A stretch of 64,000 bases of DNA from Bacilli bacterium. Lineage in GTDB: Bacteria; Bacillota_I; Bacilli_A; RF39; UBA660. Position 1 is the first letter of the stretch. The number at the start of each line of letters is the position of its first letter. The stretch covers positions 720 to 64,719 of the forward strand of contig JAFSEX010000038.1 of the NCBI GenBank assembly GCA_017435465.1, given 5' to 3'. The notes below the pieces were generated by a model that saw only the letters and a program-made list of their open reading frames with translations, was not told the DNA's origin and did not search any database. Made by a program: the position numbers and the translations under genes. Shown piece after piece: positions 30,960-40,648 of this stretch.

Positions 30960-31479
30960 TTAATAATTATTAATTTTAGTTTTTAATTCACTTACAGTAA
31001 TATCATTAAATTTGATTTTATATCCATACGATTCAAAATCAAATTTTTTAAATGTGTAATTTTCAATATCAGTATTTGCAAATTCGTATTCATATGAATT
31101 TTTGCCATTATCATAATAATAATCATAAAGATTATTTTCATTACAGCTACTTACATCTTTTTTATGATCTATACATAATTCAATTGCTTTTACTAACATT
31201 AAAGCTTCATATTTTATACCATCTTTTTTAGCATTGTTTTGGATATCTGTAACTGTTGATAAACTAATAAAAAATATAAACATTAGAAAAACAATAAAAA
31301 GCGCTGATATCACTGTTGAAATATAAATAAGTATATCCTTCTTTTTAATATTAATTAATGATAGAATTAAGCCTATAATAGCAAGTATTATTTCCGATAA
31401 ATACAAAACCAATTATAACTGAAAACCATGCACCTATTGATAAACCTAAACATATTTTCCCAATATTATTATTTTTCAT
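30960..31479 (-). pseudogene. Membrane protein with an apparent 1-nt frameshift near 31405-31408
   Basis: ATG 31479 reads MKNNNIGKICLGLSIGAWFSVIIG, and the homologous-looking sequence continues in another frame as LYLSEIILAIIGLILSLINIKKKD. Confidence 0.6.
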
Positions 31480-31495
31480 AAAAATCATCTTCTTT

Positions 31496-32542
31496 TTACA
31501 TCACAAATATAGTAGCAAGCACAATTCCTATAATAATTATTGAAACAATAAGTGAAAAATAAATATTAATTTCTTTCTTTTTAATATTTCTAATAGATAA
31601 AAATAATAAAACTATTGATAAAATTAAACTAACAATTGATAAATTCATCAATAAAAATAAAATAGATATCAAGGATAATATTAAACAAATATTACTAATT
31701 TTAGAATCTTTAGGTAATTTATCAATAATAGAAATTTCATTATCGTAACTATCTTCATCATCACTAAAACTTTTAGCATATACTACTTTTTGACCATATT
31801 CGGTATTTATTTTATTTTTAAATTTTTTTTCTTTTGGAAAAGAATTTAAATAAATTATACTTACAATTATAAGTATAATACCAGGAACAATATTAATTAT
31901 AGTTAAACACAATATAATTCCAATTATTATACCCAATATTCCAGCGCTATTTTTTTTCATTATACTTAAAATAAGTAATGATAAATAAGTTACAATAGAT
32001 GTTATTAAAATCAAACAGAAGATAATATTAGGATTATTAATTGGAGAATTATGTGCTGATAAAGCAAAAGCAGATATAAATAAAATTACAAAAGTACTGT
32101 AAATACCAATAATTATAGTAGTAATTGATAATATAACAGACTTAATAGTCATGGATTTATTATTATTTTTTTCAAATATTTTTAAATATTTATTACTAAT
32201 ATATATTAAAAATATTCCAAAAATTACATTTTCTAAAAAACTAAAATAATTTTCCTTAAAAATTGAATATAGAGATACAAAAATATGTAAATACCCATCA
32301 ATCAACCCAATATGACCGGCATATTTTTTTTCTTTTTTAATACCTATAAACATTAAAATTGGAAAAACTAATTTTGCAGCAATCAAAATAAATATAAATA
32401 AAAACGTAAAAACTTTTGATAACAAAGAAGAGCTTAATGATATCGTTGTAATTGATGAAAGTAACAAAACTATACTAGTTATAATTGATATAATTAATTG
32501 TATAACAGAATAATATTTAAAAATTTCAATTTCTTTTTTCAA
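31496..32542 (-). CDS. Multi-pass orphan membrane protein
   Basis: TTG start with RBS aaaggagt; about 10 hydrophobic segments. Confidence 0.75.
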   Translation of the reverse strand: MKKEIEIFKYYSVIQLIISIITSIVLLLSSITTISLSSSLLSKVFTFLFIFILIAAKLVFPILMFIGIKKEKKYAGHIGLIDGYLHIFVSLYSIFKENYFSFLENVIFGIFLIYISNKYLKIFEKNNNKSMTIKSVILSITTIIIGIYSTFVILFISAFALSAHNSPINNPNIIFCLILITSIVTYLSLLILSIMKKNSAGILGIIIGIILCLTIINIVPGIILIIVSIIYLNSFPKEKKFKNKINTEYGQKVVYAKSFSDDEDSYDNEISIIDKLPKDSKISNICLILSLISILFLLMNLSIVSLILSIVLLFLSIRNIKKKEINIYFSLIVSIIIIGIVLATIFVM

Positions 32543-32601
32543 ATTAAATACTCCTTTCTAAATAATGCAAAATAAAAAAGTTTTCCACACTATCAATTAT
32601 A

Positions 32602-32629
32602 ATTATAGCAAATTCCCCCGCCGAATCAA
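32602..32629 (-). promoter_or_regulatory. Sigma-70 promoter TTGATT-cggcgggggaatttgc-TATAAT
   Basis: Minus-strand -35 at 32629-32624 and extended -10 at 32607-32602; near copy of the motif at 23071. Confidence 0.7.
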
Positions 32630-32722
32630 TATTTCGATATCCACAAGTTAAGAATTTTACATAAATTTGTAAATACATTTTACAACAATTATAAAAAATT
32701 ATATAATAGTTATGGTGATTAC

Positions 32723-33685
32723 ATGAAAGATACAAAAATAGTATTTATGGGAACTCCTGATTTTAGTGTTCCAGTATTAGAAGGATTAATTGAAAATTAT
32801 AACGTTATTGGAGTAGTTACACAACCTGATAAAATTGTTGGAAAAAACAAAGTACCAACTCCTACAAAAGTAAAAGAGTGTGCATTAAAACACAATATTA
32901 TAGTTTTTCAACCAGAAAAAATAAAATCAGAATATAATGAAATATTAAGTCTTAATCCAGATATAATTATAACTTGTGCATATGGACAAATTATCCCTAA
33001 AGAAATCTTAGATTATCCAAAATACGGATGCATAAATGTACATGCATCATTACTTCCTAAACTTAGAGGTGGTGCGCCAATTCATCATGCAATAATAGAT
33101 GGGTATGATAAGACTGGTATAACAATTATGTATATGGATATAGGCATGGATACTGGAGATATTATATCAATGGAAGAAACTGTTATTAGTGATAGTGATT
33201 CAGTTGGAAGCCTACATGATAGATTATCAATAATGGGTAGGAATTTGTTACTTAAAACACTTCCCAATATATTATCTGGTAATATAAAAAGAATTAAACA
33301 AATTGATAGTGAAGTAACATATGCTTGGAATATAAAAAAAGAAGAAGAAATAATAGATTTTAATAAAACTAGTAGGGAAGTATTTAATCAAATTAGAGGA
33401 CTTAATCCTTTTCCTGGTGCTTATAGCATGTTAGATAATAAAATAATGAAAATATATGAATCAAAAATAGGAAATAATAGTCCAAAAACTCCTGGAGAAA
33501 TTATCAATGTTTATAAAGATGGAATAGGAGTATCTACAATAGATGGTGAAATAATCATTACAAAAATTAAACCTTTTGGGAAAAAGTTAATGGATGTAAA
33601 AGATTATTTAAATGGTATAAAAGATAAAGGTGTTTTAATTAGTAAGAGGTTTGATGATTATGAAGAAATTAAAAGAAACATATGA
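32723..33685 (+). CDS. fmt: Methionyl-tRNA formyltransferase
   Basis: FMGTPDF, VVTQPD, INVHASLLPKLRGGAPI, MDTGDI. Confidence 0.96.
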   Translation: MKDTKIVFMGTPDFSVPVLEGLIENYNVIGVVTQPDKIVGKNKVPTPTKVKECALKHNIIVFQPEKIKSEYNEILSLNPDIIITCAYGQIIPKEILDYPKYGCINVHASLLPKLRGGAPIHHAIIDGYDKTGITIMYMDIGMDTGDIISMEETVISDSDSVGSLHDRLSIMGRNLLLKTLPNILSGNIKRIKQIDSEVTYAWNIKKEEEIIDFNKTSREVFNQIRGLNPFPGAYSMLDNKIMKIYESKIGNNSPKTPGEIINVYKDGIGVSTIDGEIIITKIKPFGKKLMDVKDYLNGIKDKGVLISKRFDDYEEIKRNI

Positions 33686-34301
33686 GTTTATTAAAGAAAA
33701 ATTAGAAGATACAAGAACAAGATCAGCAACAATTCTTGGATTATATGCAATATTTTTCTTCTTGTTATTTCTTTTACTTAGCACGGGTACAGGCAATAAT
33801 GTAGAAAAAGCAAATACAAATAATTTAGAAGAAATAATAAATTATAGTAATATACAAAAAGAATATGAGTATACATATAATCTCGAAATAAGAGAAATTG
33901 ATAAAATTACAAAATATTTAATTACTGGGAAAGAATCTATTGAAGAAAAAAATAATTTAGTTAAAATTTATAATGATGTATCACAAGACTATGTAATAGA
34001 TAATTCTAGTGAAAAATTATATGATGAAGAATTTATCAATTTAAATAAGATAATAAGTCTTGTAAACGACATAGATTATGAATATACCACTGAATATAAA
34101 AACGGAGATATTTTAAAAAACTATTTAGTACCATTAAATAAAATAAATTATCTATATGATTTAAAGGAAAATATTGAAATTAGTATATATGAATACGATA
34201 ATTTTATAAATAAAATAGTTATTGATCTAACTAATTATGAAATTAAAAATAATAACAATATAGAAAGTGTAATATATACATTAGAATACAAAAATATTTA
34301 A
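33660..34301 (+). CDS. Hypothetical membrane-anchored protein
   Basis: RBS aagaggt; single N-terminal TM helix. Confidence 0.65.
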   Translation: MKKLKETYEFIKEKLEDTRTRSATILGLYAIFFFLLFLLLSTGTGNNVEKANTNNLEEIINYSNIQKEYEYTYNLEIREIDKITKYLITGKESIEEKNNLVKIYNDVSQDYVIDNSSEKLYDEEFINLNKIISLVNDIDYEYTTEYKNGDILKNYLVPLNKINYLYDLKENIEISIYEYDNFINKIVIDLTNYEIKNNNNIESVIYTLEYKNI

Positions 34302-34359
34302 CTTGTAATTGACAATTAACTCCAGGTGTAATAAAATTATTATAGTAAGGAGAATATAC

Positions 34360-35676
34360 ATGAAAGCTATTATAGAAATAATTAAAGAAAATAAATTACA
34401 AACTATTATTATTTCATGTTTGATAGTTGTTTTAACATTTAGTGTTTCGTATGCGGTGTTTTTCAAATCTGAATCTGGTACTGTACAATCAGGCAATATT
34501 GGTAACCTTGATATAACATATACCGATGGTGAAACATTTAACTTTTCAAATCAAATACCTCTACTTTCTGAAGAAGTATTAGAATATGCATCAAGTTATG
34601 ATTTTATTGTTAAAAATACTGGTAATGTTGTCGCATATGCTGAAATTTCATTTAGTGAGTTAGTTATTGATGGTGTATTAAAATCAGATGGAAATTTTAA
34701 ATGGGCACTATACGAAGGTGAAACAAAATTATCTGAAGGTAATTTTCAAAATGCTTCTACTATATTATCATTAAAGAAAAATATTTCACTTTCAGCTTCA
34801 GCCACAAAAACATATACTATAAGAGTATGGGTAAATGATAATGGTGAAAATCAAAATCATTTATTGAATAAAACAATGACTGGTAAAATAAGTGTTAGTG
34901 CAACAACTAATGTAGTCGCAACAACTTTTGATTGTACTGAAACTATTGAAAATTTTATCATTAGTGAACCAGGAAATTATAAGATAGAAGCTGCCGGTGC
35001 TTCTGGTACAGTAGGAAATACATATGGATTTATTGGTACACCTCCATCAGGTGGTAAAGGAGCAACACTTTCTTCTACATTTGCATTAAATAATGGTGAT
35101 GAATTAGCTATTGTAGTTGGATGCAAAGGTAGTTCAACAGGTGGAAATAATATAAATGCAACTGCTGGTGCTGGTGGTGGAGGAAGTTTTATATTTAAAA
35201 AAATAGATTCTATTACCGACAATACTTATCAATTTCAAAAAGGTGAAAATTACTATGAAGTATTATTAGTTGCTGCTGGCGGAAGTGGGACACAAGATGT
35301 TGCATATGCCTATTCACAGGGTTCTACTCCTGAAAATGGAAAAAATGGAGTTGGTGATACATGGATAATCCCTGGTGGTGATGCATATAGCACTCAAACA
35401 GCAACACCTGAATCTCCAATTGAATTAAGTAATGTTCTTAGTATTTCTCAATTTATCTCGTATGATTTAAAAGGAAATAAATACAGTACTTCTGGCGGAA
35501 CATGTTTTGGTGGATTTGGTGGTGGAGGATGTACAGGAAATCACTTTAGTTATGGTGGTGGATGGAGTAATGGTTCTACCCGTGGAGCTGCAACAAGTTT
35601 TTCAAGCGGTACAGATACAAATGGTACAACAGGCACAAGAACTGGTAATGGTTATGTAAAAATATATAAAGATTAA
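34360..35676 (+). CDS. Secreted protein with SipW-type signal, TasA/CalY-like N-domain and glycine-rich C-domain
   Basis: 'VSYAVF' signal end, 'YDFIVKNTGN', 'KTYTIRVW', then GASG, GGKGA, GGGGS, AAGGSG and GGFGGGG repeats. Confidence 0.65.
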   Translation: MKAIIEIIKENKLQTIIISCLIVVLTFSVSYAVFFKSESGTVQSGNIGNLDITYTDGETFNFSNQIPLLSEEVLEYASSYDFIVKNTGNVVAYAEISFSELVIDGVLKSDGNFKWALYEGETKLSEGNFQNASTILSLKKNISLSASATKTYTIRVWVNDNGENQNHLLNKTMTGKISVSATTNVVATTFDCTETIENFIISEPGNYKIEAAGASGTVGNTYGFIGTPPSGGKGATLSSTFALNNGDELAIVVGCKGSSTGGNNINATAGAGGGGSFIFKKIDSITDNTYQFQKGENYYEVLLVAAGGSGTQDVAYAYSQGSTPENGKNGVGDTWIIPGGDAYSTQTATPESPIELSNVLSISQFISYDLKGNKYSTSGGTCFGGFGGGGCTGNHFSYGGGWSNGSTRGAATSFSSGTDTNGTTGTRTGNGYVKIYKD

Positions 35677-35756
35677 GAAATTTATAAAAATTTCTTTTTT
35701 TTCTTTTATAGGTCTTACAAATACGTTATAATAATATTAAGGTTAAGGTGATTTTA

Positions 35757-38342
35757 ATGAATAAAGTAATATTAATAGATGGAAACAACTTATTATTTAG
35801 AAGTTATTATGCAACTGCATATAATGGAAATTTTATGAAAAATTCTAAAAACTTCCCAACAAATGCACTATTTGGATTTGTTAATATGATTAACAAAATA
35901 ATAACAGAAGAACAACCAATATATGTTGTAGTTGCATTTGATAAAGGAAAAACATTTAGACATGAAAAATATGATTGGTATAAAGATGGAAGAATTGAAA
36001 CACCTATAGAATTAAAACAACAATTTCCAATTGCTAAACAAATCCTTACTGCAATGGGTATAAAATATTTAGAAATAGATAATTATGAAGCTGATGATAT
36101 AATTGGTACAATTGCTAAAATGGTTGATGATAATGATAGTTTTATTGGAACAATAGTTAGTAGCGATAAAGATTTACTTCAGTTAATTAGTAATGATGTT
36201 GATGTAAAATTATTAAAGCAAAAAGATTATATTAGAATGAACGAAAATGTATTTATTGATACTTATGGAATTAAACCAATTCGTATGATAGATTTAAAAG
36301 CTTTAGAAGGAGATCCATCAGACAATATTCCAGGTGTAAAAGGAGTAGGAGAAAAAACTGCTTTAACACTTTTAAAAGAATATGACACTATTGAAAATAT
36401 TTATGAAAATATTGAAAATATAAAAGGTAAGTTAAAGGAAAAATTAATTAATGATAAAGAAATGGCTTTTACTAGTAAGGAAATTGCGACAATATGTAAA
36501 GATGTACCGTTAAATATAACTTTTGAAGATATAAAATTAAATAATCCAAATGACGATGAATTATTTAAAATATATGAAGAATTAGAATTTTATTCTTTTA
36601 TTAAAAAACATAAAGATAATAAAATAAATGTAGAAGAATCCAAAAATGATATAAAAATAATTAATGATATTAATGAAATAAATATAAATGGTGAATGCGC
36701 AATATATTTAGAAATAGATAACGAAAACTATCATACCGCAAATATATATGGTATGGGTGTATACAATAAAGAAATATCTTACTATATACCATTTGAAGTA
36801 CTTAAACAAAATCCAAAATTCTTAGTTGATAATATAAAATATACTTATGATTTAAAAAAAGTTATAACATCTTTAAGATGGCATAATATTGATGTATCAA
36901 ATATAGTGTTTGATACAATGATTGCGGCATACTTACTTAATTATAATATTAAGGATGATATAAGTTATTTAGCTGGAATAAAGGGCTATGACATAGAGTT
37001 TTATGATAGCTTTAAAAAAGATAAAGAAAAAACTCCAGAAAAACTTGCAAAAGTATGTATAGAAAAGGCTAAATTTATTTATGAAACCAAAGATGAATTT
37101 TATAATAGTCTAGTTAAAGAAGAAGTTTTAGAATTATTTAATAATATTGAAATGCCCCTAGCTTTTGTACTTTCAGATATGGAATATAATGGAGTACATG
37201 TAGATAAAAATGTTTTAGATGAAATGGGAATTAAAATACAAGAAAGAATATTCGAAATCCAAAATACAATATATGAATTATGCGGAATGGAGTTTAATAT
37301 TTCATCACCAAGACAATTAGGAGAAGTATTATTTGAAAAATTAGGATTAAAAGGTGGTAAAAAAATTAAATCTGGATATTCAACTAATGCTAGTGTCTTA
37401 GAAAAGATTATTAATGATCATCCAGTAATTGAAAAAATATTAGAATATAGAACTTTAACAAAACTATATAGTACATATATTGAAGGTTTAAAGCATAATA
37501 TACTTAGTGACGGTAAGATACATACAATATATACTCAAACTCTAACTAGAACAGGAAGATTATCAAGTATTGAGCCAAATTTACAAAATATACCTATTAG
37601 ATATGAAGAAGGAAGATTAATACGTAAGGCATTTATTCCAAGTGAAAGCAGTATTTTAATGTCTAGTGATTATTCACAAATTGAACTTCGTATTTTAGCC
37701 CACATGTCAAATTCCCAAAACCTAATTGATGCATTTATCAAAGATTTAGATATTCATACTAAAACCGCATCAGATATATTTGGAGTACCCCTAGAAGAAG
37801 TAACAAAAGATATGAGAAGAACTGCTAAGGCTGTAAACTTTGGAATTGTATATGGAATTAGTAGTTTTGGATTATCAGAAAATTTATCTATAAATCCAAA
37901 AGAAGCATCTGAATTTATAAATAAATACTTAGATACTTTCCCAGGAATAAAAGAATATATGGAAAGCGTTAAATCTTTCGCATATAGTAATGGATATGTT
38001 AAAACATTAATGAATCGTAAAAGAGTAATAGATGAACTTACTAATACAAATTATATAATTAGACAACAAGGTGAGAGAATCGCTTTAAATACACCAATTC
38101 AAGGAACAAGTGCAGATATAATTAAAAAAGCAATGATTGATGTGTATAACAATCTAAAAAATAATAACTTAAAAAGTAAAATGATTTTACAAGTACACGA
38201 TGAACTTATTGTTGATTGCTTAAAAGAAGAAAAAGAAATAGTTAAAAAAATAGTTCGAAATTCAATGGAAAACGTTATAAGATTAAATGCACCTTTGAAG
38301 GTTGAAATTGAAAGTGGGGACAATTGGTATGACGCCAAATAA
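35757..38342 (+). CDS. polA: DNA polymerase I
   Basis: IDGNNLLFR, YEADD, TGRLSS..PNLQNIP, DYSQIELR, KAVNFGIVYG, QVHDEL. Confidence 0.98.
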   Translation: MNKVILIDGNNLLFRSYYATAYNGNFMKNSKNFPTNALFGFVNMINKIITEEQPIYVVVAFDKGKTFRHEKYDWYKDGRIETPIELKQQFPIAKQILTAMGIKYLEIDNYEADDIIGTIAKMVDDNDSFIGTIVSSDKDLLQLISNDVDVKLLKQKDYIRMNENVFIDTYGIKPIRMIDLKALEGDPSDNIPGVKGVGEKTALTLLKEYDTIENIYENIENIKGKLKEKLINDKEMAFTSKEIATICKDVPLNITFEDIKLNNPNDDELFKIYEELEFYSFIKKHKDNKINVEESKNDIKIINDINEININGECAIYLEIDNENYHTANIYGMGVYNKEISYYIPFEVLKQNPKFLVDNIKYTYDLKKVITSLRWHNIDVSNIVFDTMIAAYLLNYNIKDDISYLAGIKGYDIEFYDSFKKDKEKTPEKLAKVCIEKAKFIYETKDEFYNSLVKEEVLELFNNIEMPLAFVLSDMEYNGVHVDKNVLDEMGIKIQERIFEIQNTIYELCGMEFNISSPRQLGEVLFEKLGLKGGKKIKSGYSTNASVLEKIINDHPVIEKILEYRTLTKLYSTYIEGLKHNILSDGKIHTIYTQTLTRTGRLSSIEPNLQNIPIRYEEGRLIRKAFIPSESSILMSSDYSQIELRILAHMSNSQNLIDAFIKDLDIHTKTASDIFGVPLEEVTKDMRRTAKAVNFGIVYGISSFGLSENLSINPKEASEFINKYLDTFPGIKEYMESVKSFAYSNGYVKTLMNRKRVIDELTNTNYIIRQQGERIALNTPIQGTSADIIKKAMIDVYNNLKNNNLKSKMILQVHDELIVDCLKEEKEIVKKIVRNSMENVIRLNAPLKVEIESGDNWYDAK

Positions 38343-38382
38343 TAAAATACAGTACAAATTACAAAGAAAAGATAGTAAAAAA

Positions 38383-38565
38383 ATGAATAGATTTAAAAAG
38401 CTTAAATTATCAAAAGACAAAATAATAAGTATAGCAACAGGAACAATATATGCCACATGTTTATTAGCAGAAATGATTATGGTTGCACATATGGATATTC
38501 CAAGTAACAATAGTACAATAGAACAAAATACTTCTAAAACTCTTTCGTTATCAAAACTCAAATAA
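38383..38565 (+). CDS. Small orphan protein (60 aa) with a hydrophobic core
   Basis: ATG 38383; followed by a terminator at 38582-38613; weak RBS. Confidence 0.45.
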   Translation: MNRFKKLKLSKDKIISIATGTIYATCLLAEMIMVAHMDIPSNNSTIEQNTSKTLSLSKLK

Positions 38566-38581
38566 CAATTTTTAAAAAAAT

Positions 38582-38613
38582 AAAACTCTAATACTTTATT
38601 ATATTAGAGTTTT
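38582..38613 (+). terminator. Intrinsic terminator
   Basis: aaaactctaata...tattagagtttt. Confidence 0.65.
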
Positions 38614-38646
38614 ATTATATAATTAATGGGTATGGAGGTGTATATT

Positions 38647-40338
38647 ATGAAATTAAGTAATAGTTTCTTTTATACATTAAGAGAAAATGTAAAAGATGAA
38701 GATAGTATTAGTGGTAATCTACTAGTTAGAAGTGGCATGATTAAAAAAAGTTCCAGTGGAATTTATATGCTTATGCCTCTTGGTTTTAAAACCCTTAAAA
38801 ATGTAGAAAAAATTGTAAGAGAAGAAATGAATAAGGCAGGAGCTAATGAACTATTAATGCCATCATTAGTTCATGAAGAAATATACGAAAGATCTGGTAG
38901 AACTAAAGCATTTGGTAGTAGTGTATTTAAACTTAATGATAGATTTGAAAAACCATATGTTTTAGGACCTACACATGAAGAATTGTTTGTAATTGCCGCA
39001 AAAGAAAAAATTAAATCATACAAAGATATGCCATTTAATATTTATCAAGTTGGGACAAAATTTAGAGATGAACCAAGACCAAGATATGGTTTGATTAGAG
39101 TTAGAGAATTTTCTATGAAGGATGCATATTCTTTTGATAAAGATTATGAGGGATTAGATAAATCATATAATATTATGTATAATGCTTATCAAAATATATT
39201 TAATAGAATGAATATAGATTATAAAATAGTTAAAGCTGATACTGGAGTTATGGGTGGATTATTATCTGAAGAATTCCAAGCTATTTCTCCAATTGGCGAA
39301 GATAGTTTAATAATTTGCGAAAAATGTGATTATGCTACTAATATTGAAGTTGCTGAGTGTGTTTATGATTCATTTAGTGATGATATAGAATTAGAAAAAG
39401 AATTAGTTCATACACCTGGAGCTAAAACTATTGAAGAAGTATCTAATTATTTAAATATGTCACAAGATAAATTAATGAAGTCAGTAGTTGTTAAGGCAGA
39501 TGAAAAATTAGTATTATGCTTATTACGTGGAGATAGAGAATTAAATGATGTTAAGTTAGCAAAATTACTTGGCGCAAATAATATAGAAATGGCGCTTCCT
39601 GAAGAAGTAAATAGTATTAGTGTACAAGGATTTGTTGGACCATTTGATTTAAATGTAAAAATTGTGGTGGACAACGAACTAGCTACTATAAAAAACTTTG
39701 TTACAGGAGCAAACAAAGAAGATTACCATTACAAAAATGTTAATTTAAAAGATTTCAAATATGATGTTATGGCAGATATTAGGATGATAACAGAAGATGA
39801 CGTTTGTCCAAAATGTGGTGCTAAATTAAAAACTGTTAAAGGTATTGAAATTGGTAATACATTTAAGCTTGGAACAAAATATTCAGAATGTTTAGATTTA
39901 AAATATTTAGATGAAAATAATAAACTTAATCCAGTAGTGATGGGATGTTATGGAATAGGTATTGGAAGATGTATGGCTGCAATTGCTGAACAACATAATG
40001 ATGAAAAAGGTTTAGTATGGCCAATTAATATTGCTCCATATAAAGTTGGAATAGTTATTATTAACACCAAAGATGAAGAACAAGTTAAATATGCTAATGA
40101 ATTATATGTTGAATTAAATAATTTAGGAATCGATACTATTTTAGATGATAGAAATGAAAGACCAGGAATTAAATTTAATGATATGGATTTAATTGGTATT
40201 CCAGTTAGAGTAGTAGTTGGTAAAGGTTTAGCAAATAATGAAGTTGAAGTAAAATTAAGAAAAGAAAATGAATCACAAAATATAAATATTAGTGAAATAA
40301 CTGATTATATTAAAAAATTAGTAGAAGAAAATAAATAA
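38647..40338 (+). CDS. proS: Proline--tRNA ligase (bacterial type with insertion editing domain)
   Basis: LGPTHEE, KFRDEPRPRYGLIRVREF, GIEIGNTFKLG, MGCYGIG. Confidence 0.97.
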   Translation: MKLSNSFFYTLRENVKDEDSISGNLLVRSGMIKKSSSGIYMLMPLGFKTLKNVEKIVREEMNKAGANELLMPSLVHEEIYERSGRTKAFGSSVFKLNDRFEKPYVLGPTHEELFVIAAKEKIKSYKDMPFNIYQVGTKFRDEPRPRYGLIRVREFSMKDAYSFDKDYEGLDKSYNIMYNAYQNIFNRMNIDYKIVKADTGVMGGLLSEEFQAISPIGEDSLIICEKCDYATNIEVAECVYDSFSDDIELEKELVHTPGAKTIEEVSNYLNMSQDKLMKSVVVKADEKLVLCLLRGDRELNDVKLAKLLGANNIEMALPEEVNSISVQGFVGPFDLNVKIVVDNELATIKNFVTGANKEDYHYKNVNLKDFKYDVMADIRMITEDDVCPKCGAKLKTVKGIEIGNTFKLGTKYSECLDLKYLDENNKLNPVVMGCYGIGIGRCMAAIAEQHNDEKGLVWPINIAPYKVGIVIINTKDEEQVKYANELYVELNNLGIDTILDDRNERPGIKFNDMDLIGIPVRVVVGKGLANNEVEVKLRKENESQNINISEITDYIKKLVEENK

Positions 40339-40339
40339 T

Positions 40340-40368
40340 TTGACTTTTAATTAAAAAAATAGTATATT
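40340..40368 (+). promoter_or_regulatory. Promoter for toxI (TTGACT-N17-TATATT)
   Basis: Near-consensus hexamers with 17-bp spacing right after the proS stop. Confidence 0.7.
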
Positions 40369-40436
40369 ATTACTGCATTGATGACTATTTTGTCAGTAAG
40401 TGCATATAATAATAATGCTACTTAAGTAGTACTTAA

Positions 40437-40550
40437 AAAAAGTGGTGTACCCAGCCATAAATTGGGAGTTGAAAAAGCGGTGTACCCAGCCATAAATTGG
40501 GAGTTGAAAAAGCGGTGTACCCAGCCATAAATTGGGAGTTAAAAAAGTGG
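40437..40550 (+). ncRNA. toxI: Type III antitoxin RNA ToxI: about 3.3 tandem 35-nt repeats (AAAAAGCGGTGTACCCAGCCATAAATTGGGAGTTG)
   Basis: Period exactly 35 (GG at 40444, 40479, 40514, 40549); H-type pseudoknot GGU/GCC + CCCA/UGGG; A-rich junctions; directly upstream of toxN. Confidence 0.92.
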
Positions 40551-40581
40551 ATTAGAGACTTAACTCTAATCTTTTAATTTT
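40550..40581 (+). terminator. Rho-independent terminator between toxI and toxN
   Basis: gattagag-acttaa-ctctaatc followed by ttttaatttt. Confidence 0.85.
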
Positions 40582-40596
40582 AATTTCAAAAAAATG

Positions 40597-40625
40597 TTGA
40601 CTCAAATACATATGTTCGATATAAT
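40597..40625 (+). promoter_or_regulatory. Sigma-70 promoter TTGACT-N17-TATAAT directly upstream of toxN
   Basis: -35 at 40597-40602, -10 at 40620-40625; RBS agggag before ATG 40649. Confidence 0.7.
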
Positions 40626-40648
40626 TGTATGTACAGGGAGTTGATAAA

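Noticed and set aside
32544-32735. 63-aa minus-strand ORF
   Set aside because: Spans the divergent promoter region, overlaps the fmt start, and has no RBS
38302-38382. TTG-start 87-aa version of the ORF after polA
   Set aside because: Overlaps the polA 3' end; ATG 38383 is more plausible
40437-40550. 35-bp repeats as a CRISPR array
   Set aside because: Repeats are directly tandem with no unique spacers, no cas genes are present, and the adjacent gene is ToxN-like
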